This document shows positions 19,609 through 28,778 of a stretch of DNA of 46,152 nucleotides, one piece after another. The position numbers and the translations under genes are program-made. This stretch comes from an archaeon (GTDB lineage: Archaea; Nanobdellota; Nanobdellia; Pacearchaeales; GW2011-AR1): NCBI GenBank assembly GCA_043810285.1, contig JBDROH010000013.1, positions 1-46,152 on the forward strand, in the 5' to 3' direction. Numbering within the stretch: position 1 is the first letter of the stretch; every line of letters begins with the position of its first letter. The notes beneath the pieces are model-generated. The model saw nothing but the letters and a program-made list of their open reading frames with translations, did no database searches and was not told where the DNA came from.

Positions 19609-21528
19609 ATGATACAAACAAGACCATTATCTGTAGAAGAAATTTGTAACAGCCTTAGACCAGTCTTTGGAAAAAAAATAGATGATATTTATTTTAGATA
19701 TTCTATTGCTGAAGGGAGAGAAGAAAGAGAAGAGATTGCACATGTTCTTAGTGCTCTTTATCAAAAGAATCTTAACCAACTATTAGATAAAGGTGTTTTG
19801 TTAGAGCCTCCAAGAGAAGAACTTATCGATGGAGATTATTCTTTAGCTACGGTAAGCTATGCAAAAAGACAACTATTCCCCTTTAAAATTAGAGAAAAAG
19901 ATTGGCCAAGACATATTTGCATTACAGGAATGTCCGGATCTGGAAAGACTACCTTAGCATTTCATCTCATTGAATCTCTTAATCAACATAATAAACCTTT
20001 TTTAATATTTGATTGGAAAAAATCTTTCAGACCTCTAATCTCAATAGATAACTCACTTATGATTTTTACCATCGGTGATGAAAAAGTTGCAAATATATTC
20101 AAGACAAATATTAATCAACCGCCAAAAGGAGTATCTCCAAAAGAATGGATAAATGTTTTGTCAGACTTATTGACTGAAAGTTTTTCGGCATCATTCGGTG
20201 TTCATAAAGTTATTTTAGAAACCTTAGACGAAGCATTCAAAGAATGGGGAATCTACAATGGTTCAGAAAATTATCCTACTTGGAATCATATAAAATGGAG
20301 ACTTGAAGAAAAACTAGGAAAAACTCAAGGGCGAGAAGGTGGATGGCTTGAATCAGCATTGAGAGTTGCAACAGTTTTGACTTTTGGAGAATTCGGGAGA
20401 ACAGTAAATTATAAGGGTAAAAATAGTATTTCAGTAGAGGACTTGTTAAAAAGCAAAGTTGTTATGGAACTTAACACTCTTGGAAACATTGAAAAAAAAT
20501 TCTTTTGCGAATTTATTCTTACTTATATATATAAAATGAAAAAGGCTCGACAAAGTGATGTAAGCCAAAAGTTTGACCATGCAATTTTAGTCGATGAAGC
20601 ACACAATATTTTTCTAAAAAAACCAACAAATTTTTCTAACGAATCAGTAACAGATATGATTTATCGGGAGATGCGAGAATATGGCACAAGTCTTATTTGT
20701 TTAGACCAGCATATTTCAAAAATTTCAGATACTGTGAAAGGAAATAGTGCGTGTCATATTGCATTTCAGCAGCAATTACCTTCGGACATTCAAGACATTA
20801 GTGATTTAATGCAACTGAGAGAAAAGAGACATTACTTTTCTCAGTTACCCGTCGGAAGTGCTATAGTAAAACTTTCTGAAAGATATACATCACCTTTCTT
20901 AATAGAAGTTCCCTATGCTGAGATTAGAAATCAGAGAATAACTGATGATAATATTAAAAGTAGGATGCAGGCAATGTTGATGAATCACGAGTTTGAAAAA
21001 AAAGTTGATCCAGAATTTAATGACGCCATTCAAAATCCTGTTCCAAAAACTATTCAAGAGACTAAACTTGTTAATGAAAAAATTCCAGAGTTTACCGACG
21101 TACAAGAGTTATTATATAATTTTGTAAAAGAATATTTAGAATCTGGAGTAGAACTTAGAGAAATAGAAAAGATTTTGGAACAAAGCAAGGTTCAAGGAAA
21201 TTATACTAACCAAGATATCGTCGCTGTAATTAATAAAGTGTTTAGAAACCCTGCAGTAGTAACATTTAAAAAGAAGGAATTCCCCAAAATAGTATCTGCA
21301 GGATTAACACCTGACCAGCAAGTCTTTATAAAATTCTTGCAACAAAATCCGAATCATACCTCGAGCACAGTAGAAGTATACCAACAAGTTGGACTCTCTG
21401 CAAGGAAGGGAACTAAGATTAAAAATGAATTGCAGGAAAAAGGATTAATCAAAATCGAAGAGATAAAATACGAAAAAGGCTGGAAAAAATTAATTCGCCT
21501 AAATCATTGTATGCCCCGCCGAATATAA
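19609..21528 (+). CDS. HerA/FtsK/VirB4-like (DUF87) ATPase with probable C-terminal winged helix
   Basis: RHICITGMSGSGKT (Walker A), ILVDEAH (Walker B), REMREYG and LDQH; C-terminal VYQQVGLSARKG...LQEKGLI. Confidence 0.85.
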   Translation: MIQTRPLSVEEICNSLRPVFGKKIDDIYFRYSIAEGREEREEIAHVLSALYQKNLNQLLDKGVLLEPPREELIDGDYSLATVSYAKRQLFPFKIREKDWPRHICITGMSGSGKTTLAFHLIESLNQHNKPFLIFDWKKSFRPLISIDNSLMIFTIGDEKVANIFKTNINQPPKGVSPKEWINVLSDLLTESFSASFGVHKVILETLDEAFKEWGIYNGSENYPTWNHIKWRLEEKLGKTQGREGGWLESALRVATVLTFGEFGRTVNYKGKNSISVEDLLKSKVVMELNTLGNIEKKFFCEFILTYIYKMKKARQSDVSQKFDHAILVDEAHNIFLKKPTNFSNESVTDMIYREMREYGTSLICLDQHISKISDTVKGNSACHIAFQQQLPSDIQDISDLMQLREKRHYFSQLPVGSAIVKLSERYTSPFLIEVPYAEIRNQRITDDNIKSRMQAMLMNHEFEKKVDPEFNDAIQNPVPKTIQETKLVNEKIPEFTDVQELLYNFVKEYLESGVELREIEKILEQSKVQGNYTNQDIVAVINKVFRNPAVVTFKKKEFPKIVSAGLTPDQQVFIKFLQQNPNHTSSTVEVYQQVGLSARKGTKIKNELQEKGLIKIEEIKYEKGWKKLIRLNHCMPRRI

Positions 21529-21824
21529 CCAAAATTATTTGGTAGGGTACTAAATCATATTTACATATAAAACAAACAACATCCACAACACCACAGAAAT
21601 CCATAGACAACAATTCAAATCCTTAAAAATTTGAATTCATCGACACACCAGAAACAACGTGGAAAAACAATCAGAAATACCTCGTAAAAAACTAAAAATT
21701 TTACGAAATAGGTAATTTCTAAAGAAAAAAATTCTAGAAAGAACTTTATCATAACTGTCAAAATTAACTGAAATACCTAATGAATGGTATTTCTAATAAC
21801 GGAATATGTAAAAAGGAGGAGAAA

Positions 21825-22214
21825 ATGAAAGGGAAATTCGTTTTATTGGTAAGTTTAATGTTATTGGTGGTAAGTGGATGTTCTACAACTAATATAGGGA
21901 GGCTAAATAAAATTCAATTAGGATTAACTTCTGAGAGAACTATTCAGATTCTTGGGAAAAATTTTACTCAGAGAGGTAGTTGGATAAATTCTAATGGGGA
22001 CAAGGTAGTTATCGGACTCTATAATGGGGAGGATGAAATAATACTTCATTTTTGTAATGGCATTCTAAAAGAATTCGGTTCCTATGAATTATTATCTGCA
22101 TCTAGAAATTGGTATAAACTCAATGAAAAACAAATTAACAATAATAAATGGGAAAAGCTATACAAGGACAATCCCTCATCCAAGAAATTGGAAGAAAAAG
22201 AACAGGAAGAATAA
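21825..22214 (+). CDS. Putative lipoprotein (BamE/SmpA-like or DUF3192-like fold possible)
   Basis: AAGGAGG before ATG 21825; signal peptide with lipobox VSGC; LNKIQLGLT...ILG. Confidence 0.65.
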   Translation: MKGKFVLLVSLMLLVVSGCSTTNIGRLNKIQLGLTSERTIQILGKNFTQRGSWINSNGDKVVIGLYNGEDEIILHFCNGILKEFGSYELLSASRNWYKLNEKQINNNKWEKLYKDNPSSKKLEEKEQEE

Positions 22215-22250
22215 TTAACACTAATTCTAAAACGAAAGCGGGTGAAAATC

Positions 22251-22415
22251 ATGTGGATAATATATTTATTGGTTTTATTGTTTTTCCCTAAGTTGAGTAT
22301 CCTAGCCTTAATATGCACATTTTTTTATTATCTTGGAGGAGCCGTAGTAAGACTTAGATTAAAAAAACAGTTGTGTAGTATAAAGAATTGTATGGAAAGA
22401 GACTCAATTAATTAA
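22251..22415 (+). CDS. 54-aa membrane peptide (not in ORF track)
   Basis: GGTGA leader; MWIIYLLVLLFFPKLSILALICTFFYYLGG... Confidence 0.5.
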   Translation: MWIIYLLVLLFFPKLSILALICTFFYYLGGAVVRLRLKKQLCSIKNCMERDSIN

Positions 22416-22473
22416 AACTGGTAAGGGAGTTCAAACAAAATTCCAAATAAAAATAATCAAGGAGGAAAGTAAA

Positions 22474-22947
22474 ATGAACTTACTTTTAATTAGTTCAATA
22501 GTCTTTTTAGTAGTATTAGGTAATTGGAAAAGCAAAAAACTCGGAGACAAATTCAGGTTAAATCTAGTTTTATTTTACATCTCAACTTCTTTAATGTTTA
22601 TCTATTATATTGCCATTCTTTGGAATATAAAAAATCTCACACTACTGTCTAACATTCTGTTTCTCTCACTCTTCCCAATCACCTACACTTCAATATCATT
22701 AGTCGCAATTTGCTTTTGTGCCTGGAAAAAAGGAGGTTTCAGGAATTTAAGTGATTCGCCTTCTAAGGGATTGAATTTTGGACTGGTATGTGGGATGGTA
22801 TCTGGAATGATAGGTGGAGTTGTTATGGGATTAATTGCCAGTCTGGCTGTTGGAATGATTTCTGGACTTGCTATTGGATTGACTTTTGGACTGGTATGTG
22901 GAATGATAGGTGGACTGATAAGTGGGGTTGAAGATGAATTGAAATAA
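22474..22947 (+). CDS. Membrane protein with Gly-zipper (Gxxx)n repeats
   Basis: AAGGAGG leader; 4-residue periodic glycine; TTTTGGACTGGTATGTGG occurs twice. Confidence 0.7.
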   Translation: MNLLLISSIVFLVVLGNWKSKKLGDKFRLNLVLFYISTSLMFIYYIAILWNIKNLTLLSNILFLSLFPITYTSISLVAICFCAWKKGGFRNLSDSPSKGLNFGLVCGMVSGMIGGVVMGLIASLAVGMISGLAIGLTFGLVCGMIGGLISGVEDELK

Positions 22948-22986
22948 TATCTCAAGGAAACTATTAACATTAAAAGGGGGAAATAA

Positions 22987-23196
22987 ATGAAGAAATCAAA
23001 TTCAAATAAAGAAGTCCATATAGTAGCATTTAGAATGTTCTTAGGATGTTATCTAATTGTTGAATTCAGTACTGGAACACCAACTCTTACTGGAAGAATC
23101 ATTTTGGCTTATTTATGTTTCATACTTATCCGTTATCTATGGGGGGAAGTTATTGAGAGATATAACTACTACAAAACCTCAAACGAATGTGCCTAA
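22987..23196 (+). CDS. Small hypothetical membrane protein
   Basis: AAGGGGG leader; two hydrophobic segments. Confidence 0.6.
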   Translation: MKKSNSNKEVHIVAFRMFLGCYLIVEFSTGTPTLTGRIILAYLCFILIRYLWGEVIERYNYYKTSNECA

Positions 23197-23221
23197 ATAA
23201 AAATTAAAAAGAAAGGAGGTA

Positions 23222-23884
23222 GTGATGGAAAGTTCTAAACTTTCAAAAATGAGTAGCCTGAAAAAAACTCTGAAAAAACATAGCAAGAAAATAATCACAA
23301 TAACTTCTGTTGTAAGTATCTTGCTAATTCTATATTTGCTTCACAGCACAGGCATTGAGAATATAATCACAAAGAGTCTAAATCCAATATTCAATATGAT
23401 AGATTTTGCGTTTAGCCAAACTTTCTTTACACTACCCTTAAAGTGGATGCCCTTGGCACTCGTAATTTTTCTCATTGGATTTGTTGCAATAGTTTTGATA
23501 CTTTGGCCTTACATTTTTATCGGAGTATCATTCGTTGCATTAATAGCAAAAACTCTTTGGAATAAAAGAAAAAAGAAAAAAAGAATTGCGATAGCTGTAT
23601 GGATATTCTTGTTTGGTTATGTGTTCACAGTCTGGTTTGCTATGGCTAATGATACCGCGAACTGGTTGCCTGGAAAAAGTCAAACAGAATATATTCTCTA
23701 CGAAAAAGCTAACCCTTGGGCTGAAAAATATACTCCAGAGGCAGTAAAAAAAGCGATAGGGGAAAATCTCGCCGATAACTTAAATACAATTTTAAACATC
23801 GCAGAAAAACAAAATAATTTCTGGAAATGGATTAATGTTATCCGGAGTGGTGCAAAGATTTTCCTTACAAAAGGAATTTTTTAA
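23222..23884 (+). CDS. Hypothetical membrane protein
   Basis: AAGGAGGT leader; 3-4 TM segments. Confidence 0.7.
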   Translation: MMESSKLSKMSSLKKTLKKHSKKIITITSVVSILLILYLLHSTGIENIITKSLNPIFNMIDFAFSQTFFTLPLKWMPLALVIFLIGFVAIVLILWPYIFIGVSFVALIAKTLWNKRKKKKRIAIAVWIFLFGYVFTVWFAMANDTANWLPGKSQTEYILYEKANPWAEKYTPEAVKKAIGENLADNLNTILNIAEKQNNFWKWINVIRSGAKIFLTKGIF

Positions 23885-23899
23885 TAGGGAGGAAATAAA

Positions 23900-24055
23900 A
23901 TGGGGAAGATAAAGATTCCAAAGAACCAACCCAAAGAAGAAACTTTCGAAGATATACGTAACAGATATTATAAGGCTCCAAGAGGTTCCGAGGATGAAAA
24001 GAACGCATTTAAGGACTGGATTAATAAATCAGAAAAAGAACATTCATCAAAATGA
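23900..24055 (+). CDS. 51-aa hypothetical protein (not in ORF track)
   Basis: GGGAGG leader; contains YYKAPRGSEDE, similar to YYIAPPYSDIE in 27179-27508. Confidence 0.6.
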   Translation: MGKIKIPKNQPKEETFEDIRNRYYKAPRGSEDEKNAFKDWINKSEKEHSSK

Positions 24056-24094
24056 ATCTTCTGATTATCCTTAAAAAAGAAAGGAGGTAGAAAC

Positions 24095-24607
24095 GTGACT
24101 GACTTTTTTAGTGAGTTAATAACACGAAATAATTTCTGGCATATTCCGCTGATTCTGATATTTTGGGGAGGATTTCTCAGTTTTTCGATTTGGTGGATTA
24201 ATGCAGTAACACGGTTTATAGAAGTGAAGATGAAGGAGCGATACGGAACTATCTGGTGGCCTATAATAACATGGAAAAGTTTACATCGATTTTTTTCCAA
24301 GCCAAAAAAATGGAAATGGGGACAGAAGGTTGTAGTTATATTATTATTGTTAATATTTCTTTTGCAACATTTCGGTTACGATTCAACCACAGGAACAAGT
24401 TTTTACGATGGATGCGAGAAGGTTAATAGGGTTCTAACTCTTCAAGCAGTATTGGAGCGCTTACATCAAAAAGCTCAAGCATCCAAAAAGAAACCTTGGT
24501 GGGAAACTCCAATTAAGGTTCTTTTAAACGTGGCGAAAGTTGCAGGAACAGTCAAGAAAGGGGCTGATGCAGTAAATACGATAAGAGATGCAAAAGATTC
24601 TATCTAA
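24095..24607 (+). CDS. Hypothetical membrane protein
   Basis: AAGGAGGT leader with GTG start; Trp-rich TM segments. Confidence 0.7.
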   Translation: MTDFFSELITRNNFWHIPLILIFWGGFLSFSIWWINAVTRFIEVKMKERYGTIWWPIITWKSLHRFFSKPKKWKWGQKVVVILLLLIFLLQHFGYDSTTGTSFYDGCEKVNRVLTLQAVLERLHQKAQASKKKPWWETPIKVLLNVAKVAGTVKKGADAVNTIRDAKDSI

Positions 24608-24649
24608 TCATGTAATGATTAATCAGATTATCAAAATGGAAGGAGTAAG

Positions 24650-24856
24650 ATGAAAGACAAATTTCAGGTTATTAGTTTATGGAACCAGAATGAGAAAAAA
24701 GAAACGTATCGAGATAAAATATCAGCAATACCCCTCCTAACGTTTATCAAAGGAAATAAAAAGGAAGTTTTAAAGAAATATCGGAGGATTAGAAAAGATT
24801 TTTTAGAAATAAACCCTAAAGGAAAAATTTACTTAGTGGAAGTAATCGAGGAGTAA
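24650..24856 (+). CDS. Small hypothetical protein
   Basis: AAGGAG leader; 68 aa. Confidence 0.6.
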   Translation: MKDKFQVISLWNQNEKKETYRDKISAIPLLTFIKGNKKEVLKKYRRIRKDFLEINPKGKIYLVEVIEE

Positions 24857-24884
24857 AACAATTACATAAAGAAAGGAGATTAGA

Positions 24885-26054
24885 ATGTACCAGATAAAGA
24901 CCTTAAATAAGATTTCACCTAAAGGTTTGGTGACTTTCCCCCTAGATGATTACTTCATTAGTTCTGGAGTAGGTTATCCTAACGCGATACTGCTTAGAAG
25001 CTATAATATGAACAATATGGTCTTACCAGAATCTTTGTTAGCAATCGGAAGAGCTGGAGTCGGAGTAAATAATATTCCTGTACAAAAATGTTCTGAAATA
25101 GGAATAGTTGTCTTTAACACACCTGGAGCAAATGCTAATGCAGTTAAAGAACTAACAATAGCCGGATTGTTTTTAGCATCTCGGGACATAGCAAAAGGAA
25201 TATCTTTTACAGAATTTATTAAAGGGGCAGGAGCAGAAATTCCTAATCTCATTGAGCAGAATAAAAAAAATTATGCTGGTCAAGAAATATTTGGAAAAAC
25301 TCTCGGTGTAATCGGACTTGGAAAAATCGGAATTGCCGTTGCCAACAGCGCGCTTGATCTTGGAATGGAGGTAATCGGTTACGACCCATTCATCTCAGTT
25401 GAATCTGCTTGGGGATTATCACGAAAAGTACAACACGCTGAAAGTTTAGAAATACTGATGGCTAAATTTGATTATATTTCTTTGCATACTCCGTTAACAG
25501 ATAAGACACGTGGTTTTATTAATGCAGAAAAATTTAATCGCATGAAAAAAGGCGTTCGTATTTTGAATTTTTCCCGAGGGGAAATTGTCAATAATTTTGA
25601 CTTGGGATTAGCAATCAAAAGTGGAGTTGTAGCAAAGTACGTAACAGACTTTCCTAATGATGAATTAATCAAGATGGAAAATGTTATCCCTATCCCGCAT
25701 TTGGGAGCATCTACGCAAGAAGCGGAAGACAATTGTGCAGTTATGATTGTCAAACAGATTCGCGATTTTATTGAGACGGGTAGGATTAAAAATTCCGTTA
25801 ATTACCCTGATTGTAAATTAGAGACAAACTCTGAATTCCGCTTACTGATTATGAATAAAAATATTCCTAATATGGTGGGACAGATATCTTCTATCCTTGC
25901 ACAGGCAAATATCAATATCGTAGAGATGCTCAATAAAAGCAAGGGTGATTATGCCTGTAACCTGATAGACATATCGAGCGCGCCGACTGAAAAGATCATA
26001 AAAAACCTGTATGGCATTGAAGGAGTATTGAAAGTTAGAGAGATCTGCTACTAA
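24885..26054 (+). CDS. serA: D-3-phosphoglycerate dehydrogenase with C-terminal ACT domain (bacterial type)
   Basis: RAGVGVNN, NTPGANANAV, GLGKIG, NFSRG, PHLGAST and ACT NKNIPNMVGQIS. Confidence 0.9.
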   Translation: MYQIKTLNKISPKGLVTFPLDDYFISSGVGYPNAILLRSYNMNNMVLPESLLAIGRAGVGVNNIPVQKCSEIGIVVFNTPGANANAVKELTIAGLFLASRDIAKGISFTEFIKGAGAEIPNLIEQNKKNYAGQEIFGKTLGVIGLGKIGIAVANSALDLGMEVIGYDPFISVESAWGLSRKVQHAESLEILMAKFDYISLHTPLTDKTRGFINAEKFNRMKKGVRILNFSRGEIVNNFDLGLAIKSGVVAKYVTDFPNDELIKMENVIPIPHLGASTQEAEDNCAVMIVKQIRDFIETGRIKNSVNYPDCKLETNSEFRLLIMNKNIPNMVGQISSILAQANINIVEMLNKSKGDYACNLIDISSAPTEKIIKNLYGIEGVLKVREICY

Positions 26055-26287
26055 GTTAGAAGATAATCGAAAATGAAAAATGTGAAAAATTATCTAATTA
26101 AAAATCAAGGGGGTGGTTGTATAAGACCTTCTAACAATTATTAAATTTTAATCAACACTAACCATTTAATTAAAAGGAGGTGTAATATGGCCTAAGTTGC
26201 AACAAGATATGACAACTGGAAAATTCTGGAGAAGTTTTTAAGAATTTAAATATTAACGTAACAAAAAATTAAAATGGAGGTAGTAAA

Positions 26288-27070
26288 ATGAAACGGATAC
26301 ATTTATTCATTTTGGTAATGGTAATTGCATTATGTTTTTCTGCAACAATTGTTAATGCTTCAAGTTTGAGTATCGGCGCGAAGGTAACTTCTTCTGAATG
26401 GGATGAAGTATACACGGGAGGAATAGAAATTCCGGATCCAACTTTTGAAAGTCTTACCTTTGCATCGAAAGCTAAGACCAATCAGAAGACGATTGAGTTG
26501 GGATATAATCCTTTCAGCTGGTTGAAACTTAATGCAGGATTTGGTATTGGAAGTATTAGTAGCGACATCGATTGGGTTGACACTTTAATCCCATACAATA
26601 TGGTTAGCACCGGGAAACTAACCTTTAAAGATAATTCTGGTAAGGTTATTACTCTAGGGGTAGGGATAGAGAAAGAGTTAAGTGGATGGATTTTGAATTT
26701 GTCTGCCCAGAAATTGATACAGAAGAATAATAAGTTAGAAGGAACATTCATTGTGGACAGTTATGGTTCGGAACCTGTAAGTGGCAGTGCAAAGATCAAC
26801 GAGGTGGCCGGGAAAGTTTCCATTGGAAGAAGAATGGGAAAATTCGTACCTTATGTCGGGGTAGGTTATGCGAAGGTCGATACAAAATACTTATGGGGAT
26901 GGGATGAACTGATTAATCAGGGAACTCAGGAATGCAACTTCGAATCCGACAAGAATATTGGAATGTTTATCGGCACCGATTGGAATTTGGATGATGCATG
27001 GAGTCTGAATCTTGAGGGCAGGTTCATCGATAAACAGGCGATAAGTCTTGCTGTTGGTTGTAAATTCTAA
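26288..27070 (+). CDS. Outer-membrane beta-barrel-like protein
   Basis: Signal peptide, alternating amphipathic strands, PYVGVGY, LNLEGRF, and terminal strand ISLAVGCKF ending in Phe. Confidence 0.75.
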   Translation: MKRIHLFILVMVIALCFSATIVNASSLSIGAKVTSSEWDEVYTGGIEIPDPTFESLTFASKAKTNQKTIELGYNPFSWLKLNAGFGIGSISSDIDWVDTLIPYNMVSTGKLTFKDNSGKVITLGVGIEKELSGWILNLSAQKLIQKNNKLEGTFIVDSYGSEPVSGSAKINEVAGKVSIGRRMGKFVPYVGVGYAKVDTKYLWGWDELINQGTQECNFESDKNIGMFIGTDWNLDDAWSLNLEGRFIDKQAISLAVGCKF

Positions 27071-27178
27071 AACTGATCTTGCGTGGCGATGATGGTTGGG
27101 TCCTTAATCTTGTTATTTAGCTTAAGGGCCCAATCGCCATCTTTCAAATTAAATTAAATATTCATTGGGGGAGGTAAA

Positions 27179-27508
27179 ATGAAAGGAATCAACATTGAAG
27201 GAATGTCAAAAGAGATATGCATCGCTCCGGAGAAAATCAGACAAGCTTGTAAAACCTTAGGTTGCCCTAACAAAGTATTTTGTCCTAAGGAAAGTATTAA
27301 AGAACTCAAGGCAATCTGCGATTCATTCACAAGTGATTCCGATGGTCGAATAGAGGCTGAAAGAAACTGGAAGATTAAGTGTTGTGATAAAATACTTGGG
27401 GAAGCAAAAACTAAAGGAAGCCTTATAGCAGCATATTATATAGCTCCCCCATATTCGGACATTGAAGATGAAGTTATCAGAAGACTAATTAAATTCTTTA
27501 GAAACTAA
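27179..27508 (+). CDS. Hypothetical helical protein
   Basis: GGAGGT leader; AAYYIAPPYSDIE motif. Confidence 0.65.
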   Translation: MKGINIEGMSKEICIAPEKIRQACKTLGCPNKVFCPKESIKELKAICDSFTSDSDGRIEAERNWKIKCCDKILGEAKTKGSLIAAYYIAPPYSDIEDEVIRRLIKFFRN

Positions 27509-27896
27509 CTATAGCAACCCCGAGAATCGGTGCTGAGGAATATAAACAATCTGACTTAACAACGGCACCGATTCTTAAAATAAGGGAACGCTAATCCACA
27601 AGGAGGTGATGCCCTAAATAATAAATGTCTTAGGACCCACCTACTAGTTACCAATTAAATAAAGAAACCATAAATAAAATTGCCGGGAAAAAGAAATCTT
27701 TAGAAAGGGAGGAAAGACGATTTAAGTTATACAACGAACAGAGTAAACAGATTATAGAAATAAAATAAGCATCATCTAAGATAGCTTAAGACATCTGCCG
27801 TTCCCTAAATGAGATACACCCAAAAAGAAATTCATCCTTCAAAGTAGGGAACGGCATTTCAACATTTATTTGAACAAATGGAAGGGGAAGTAAAAT

Positions 27897-28364
27897 ATGG
27901 AAAAAGATAATTATAGGGGAGAGATAATCGAGGGATTACGTAAAACCTATGGAAGCATTAGTAACGTTAAGGAGGTAGTGATGGAAAGTTCTTCGGGAAA
28001 AAGAGGAAAAAATAAGATTATTGAGCTTAAGGAACAAGCTGCAGAATTGAAGAAACAAGTTAATGAACTCAAATCATTCAAATCCTCAATGGATGGGATA
28101 AATGTGTATATCGAAGAAAGCGGAATTAAAGAAATAACTGGCGTAAGAAATTCAGCGGTTTTGTATCTGCATCATTTACAACTAATAGTAGAGACGCTAC
28201 AAACCAAAAATGAAAAACTTGAAAGGTTGCTTAACAAGAATAGGTTATTAGAATTGCTTAAAGGATTAACAAGTAATCGAAGTTTTCAAGAAAGAGGATT
28301 TTTGATGACAACAGAAAGCGTAAGAATAGATTTAACCGAAGCAATACGAAACGAAAAAATCTAA
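27897..28364 (+). CDS. Hypothetical coiled-coil protein (alternative start 27978/27981)
   Basis: Two in-frame starts with SD; the internal one has AAGGAGGT. Confidence 0.65.
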   Translation: MEKDNYRGEIIEGLRKTYGSISNVKEVVMESSSGKRGKNKIIELKEQAAELKKQVNELKSFKSSMDGINVYIEESGIKEITGVRNSAVLYLHHLQLIVETLQTKNEKLERLLNKNRLLELLKGLTSNRSFQERGFLMTTESVRIDLTEAIRNEKI

Positions 28365-28400
28365 ACATTTTGTAGACAAAATAAGAAAAGAGGAAGTGTA

Positions 28401-28778
28401 ATGAGTACTCGAAAATTAATTAAAAAGTTAATGCAAAGAGAAATTACTTCACTATGCGGGATAATTGTTCTTGTAGGAGTAGTAATAATCCTCTTTATGA
28501 TTGAAGCTTCAGCTCCAACAATCACAAAAATTTCAGCAGGATTAGTATTAATAGGGACAGTTTTAGGGGGCTTCTTTTTAGAAAAGCAAACAAAAAAGGA
28601 GGTTCTTAATGAGTTAGAAGAAAGAATAGGTAGTGAAAAATTCCAAATAGCAAAAACATATCTGAAGTATAGGACCTCTTTAAATATCTCTCTCTGTTAT
28701 CTATGTCCCCTGTCGATAAAAATAGAGGTCTTACAATATTTCAAAGATATTGGGTTTAAATGTAATATAGATTATTAA
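28401..28778 (+). CDS. Hypothetical membrane protein
   Basis: GAGG leader; two TM helices. Confidence 0.65.
   Translation: MSTRKLIKKLMQREITSLCGIIVLVGVVIILFMIEASAPTITKISAGLVLIGTVLGGFFLEKQTKKEVLNELEERIGSEKFQIAKTYLKYRTSLNISLCYLCPLSIKIEVLQYFKDIGFKCNIDY

Noticed and set aside
21780-21824. ORF-track upstream starts at 21780 (also 31303, 43242, 41857, 10379)
   Set aside because: Downstream ATGs fit the SD or TATA spacing and domain boundaries better, and several of the extensions run through hairpins.
22770-22925. Periodic repeats as a DGR variable/template region
   Set aside because: They are explained by Gly-zipper coding repeats; there is no reverse transcriptase and no adenine-specific mismatch pattern.
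23222-24607. 23222-23884 and 24095-24607 as paralogues
   Set aside because: Similar architecture and leaders but only faint residue similarity by eye; this cannot be supported without an alignment.
26055-26135. GTTAGAAG...CTTCTAAC inverted repeat as an integron attC site
   Set aside because: The core order is reversed relative to attC (RYYYAAC...GTTRRRY), the interior pairs poorly, and no integron integrase is present.
27530-27670. CTGAGGA...GAAA as a hammerhead ribozyme core
   Set aside because: I could not build the three required stems around the core.
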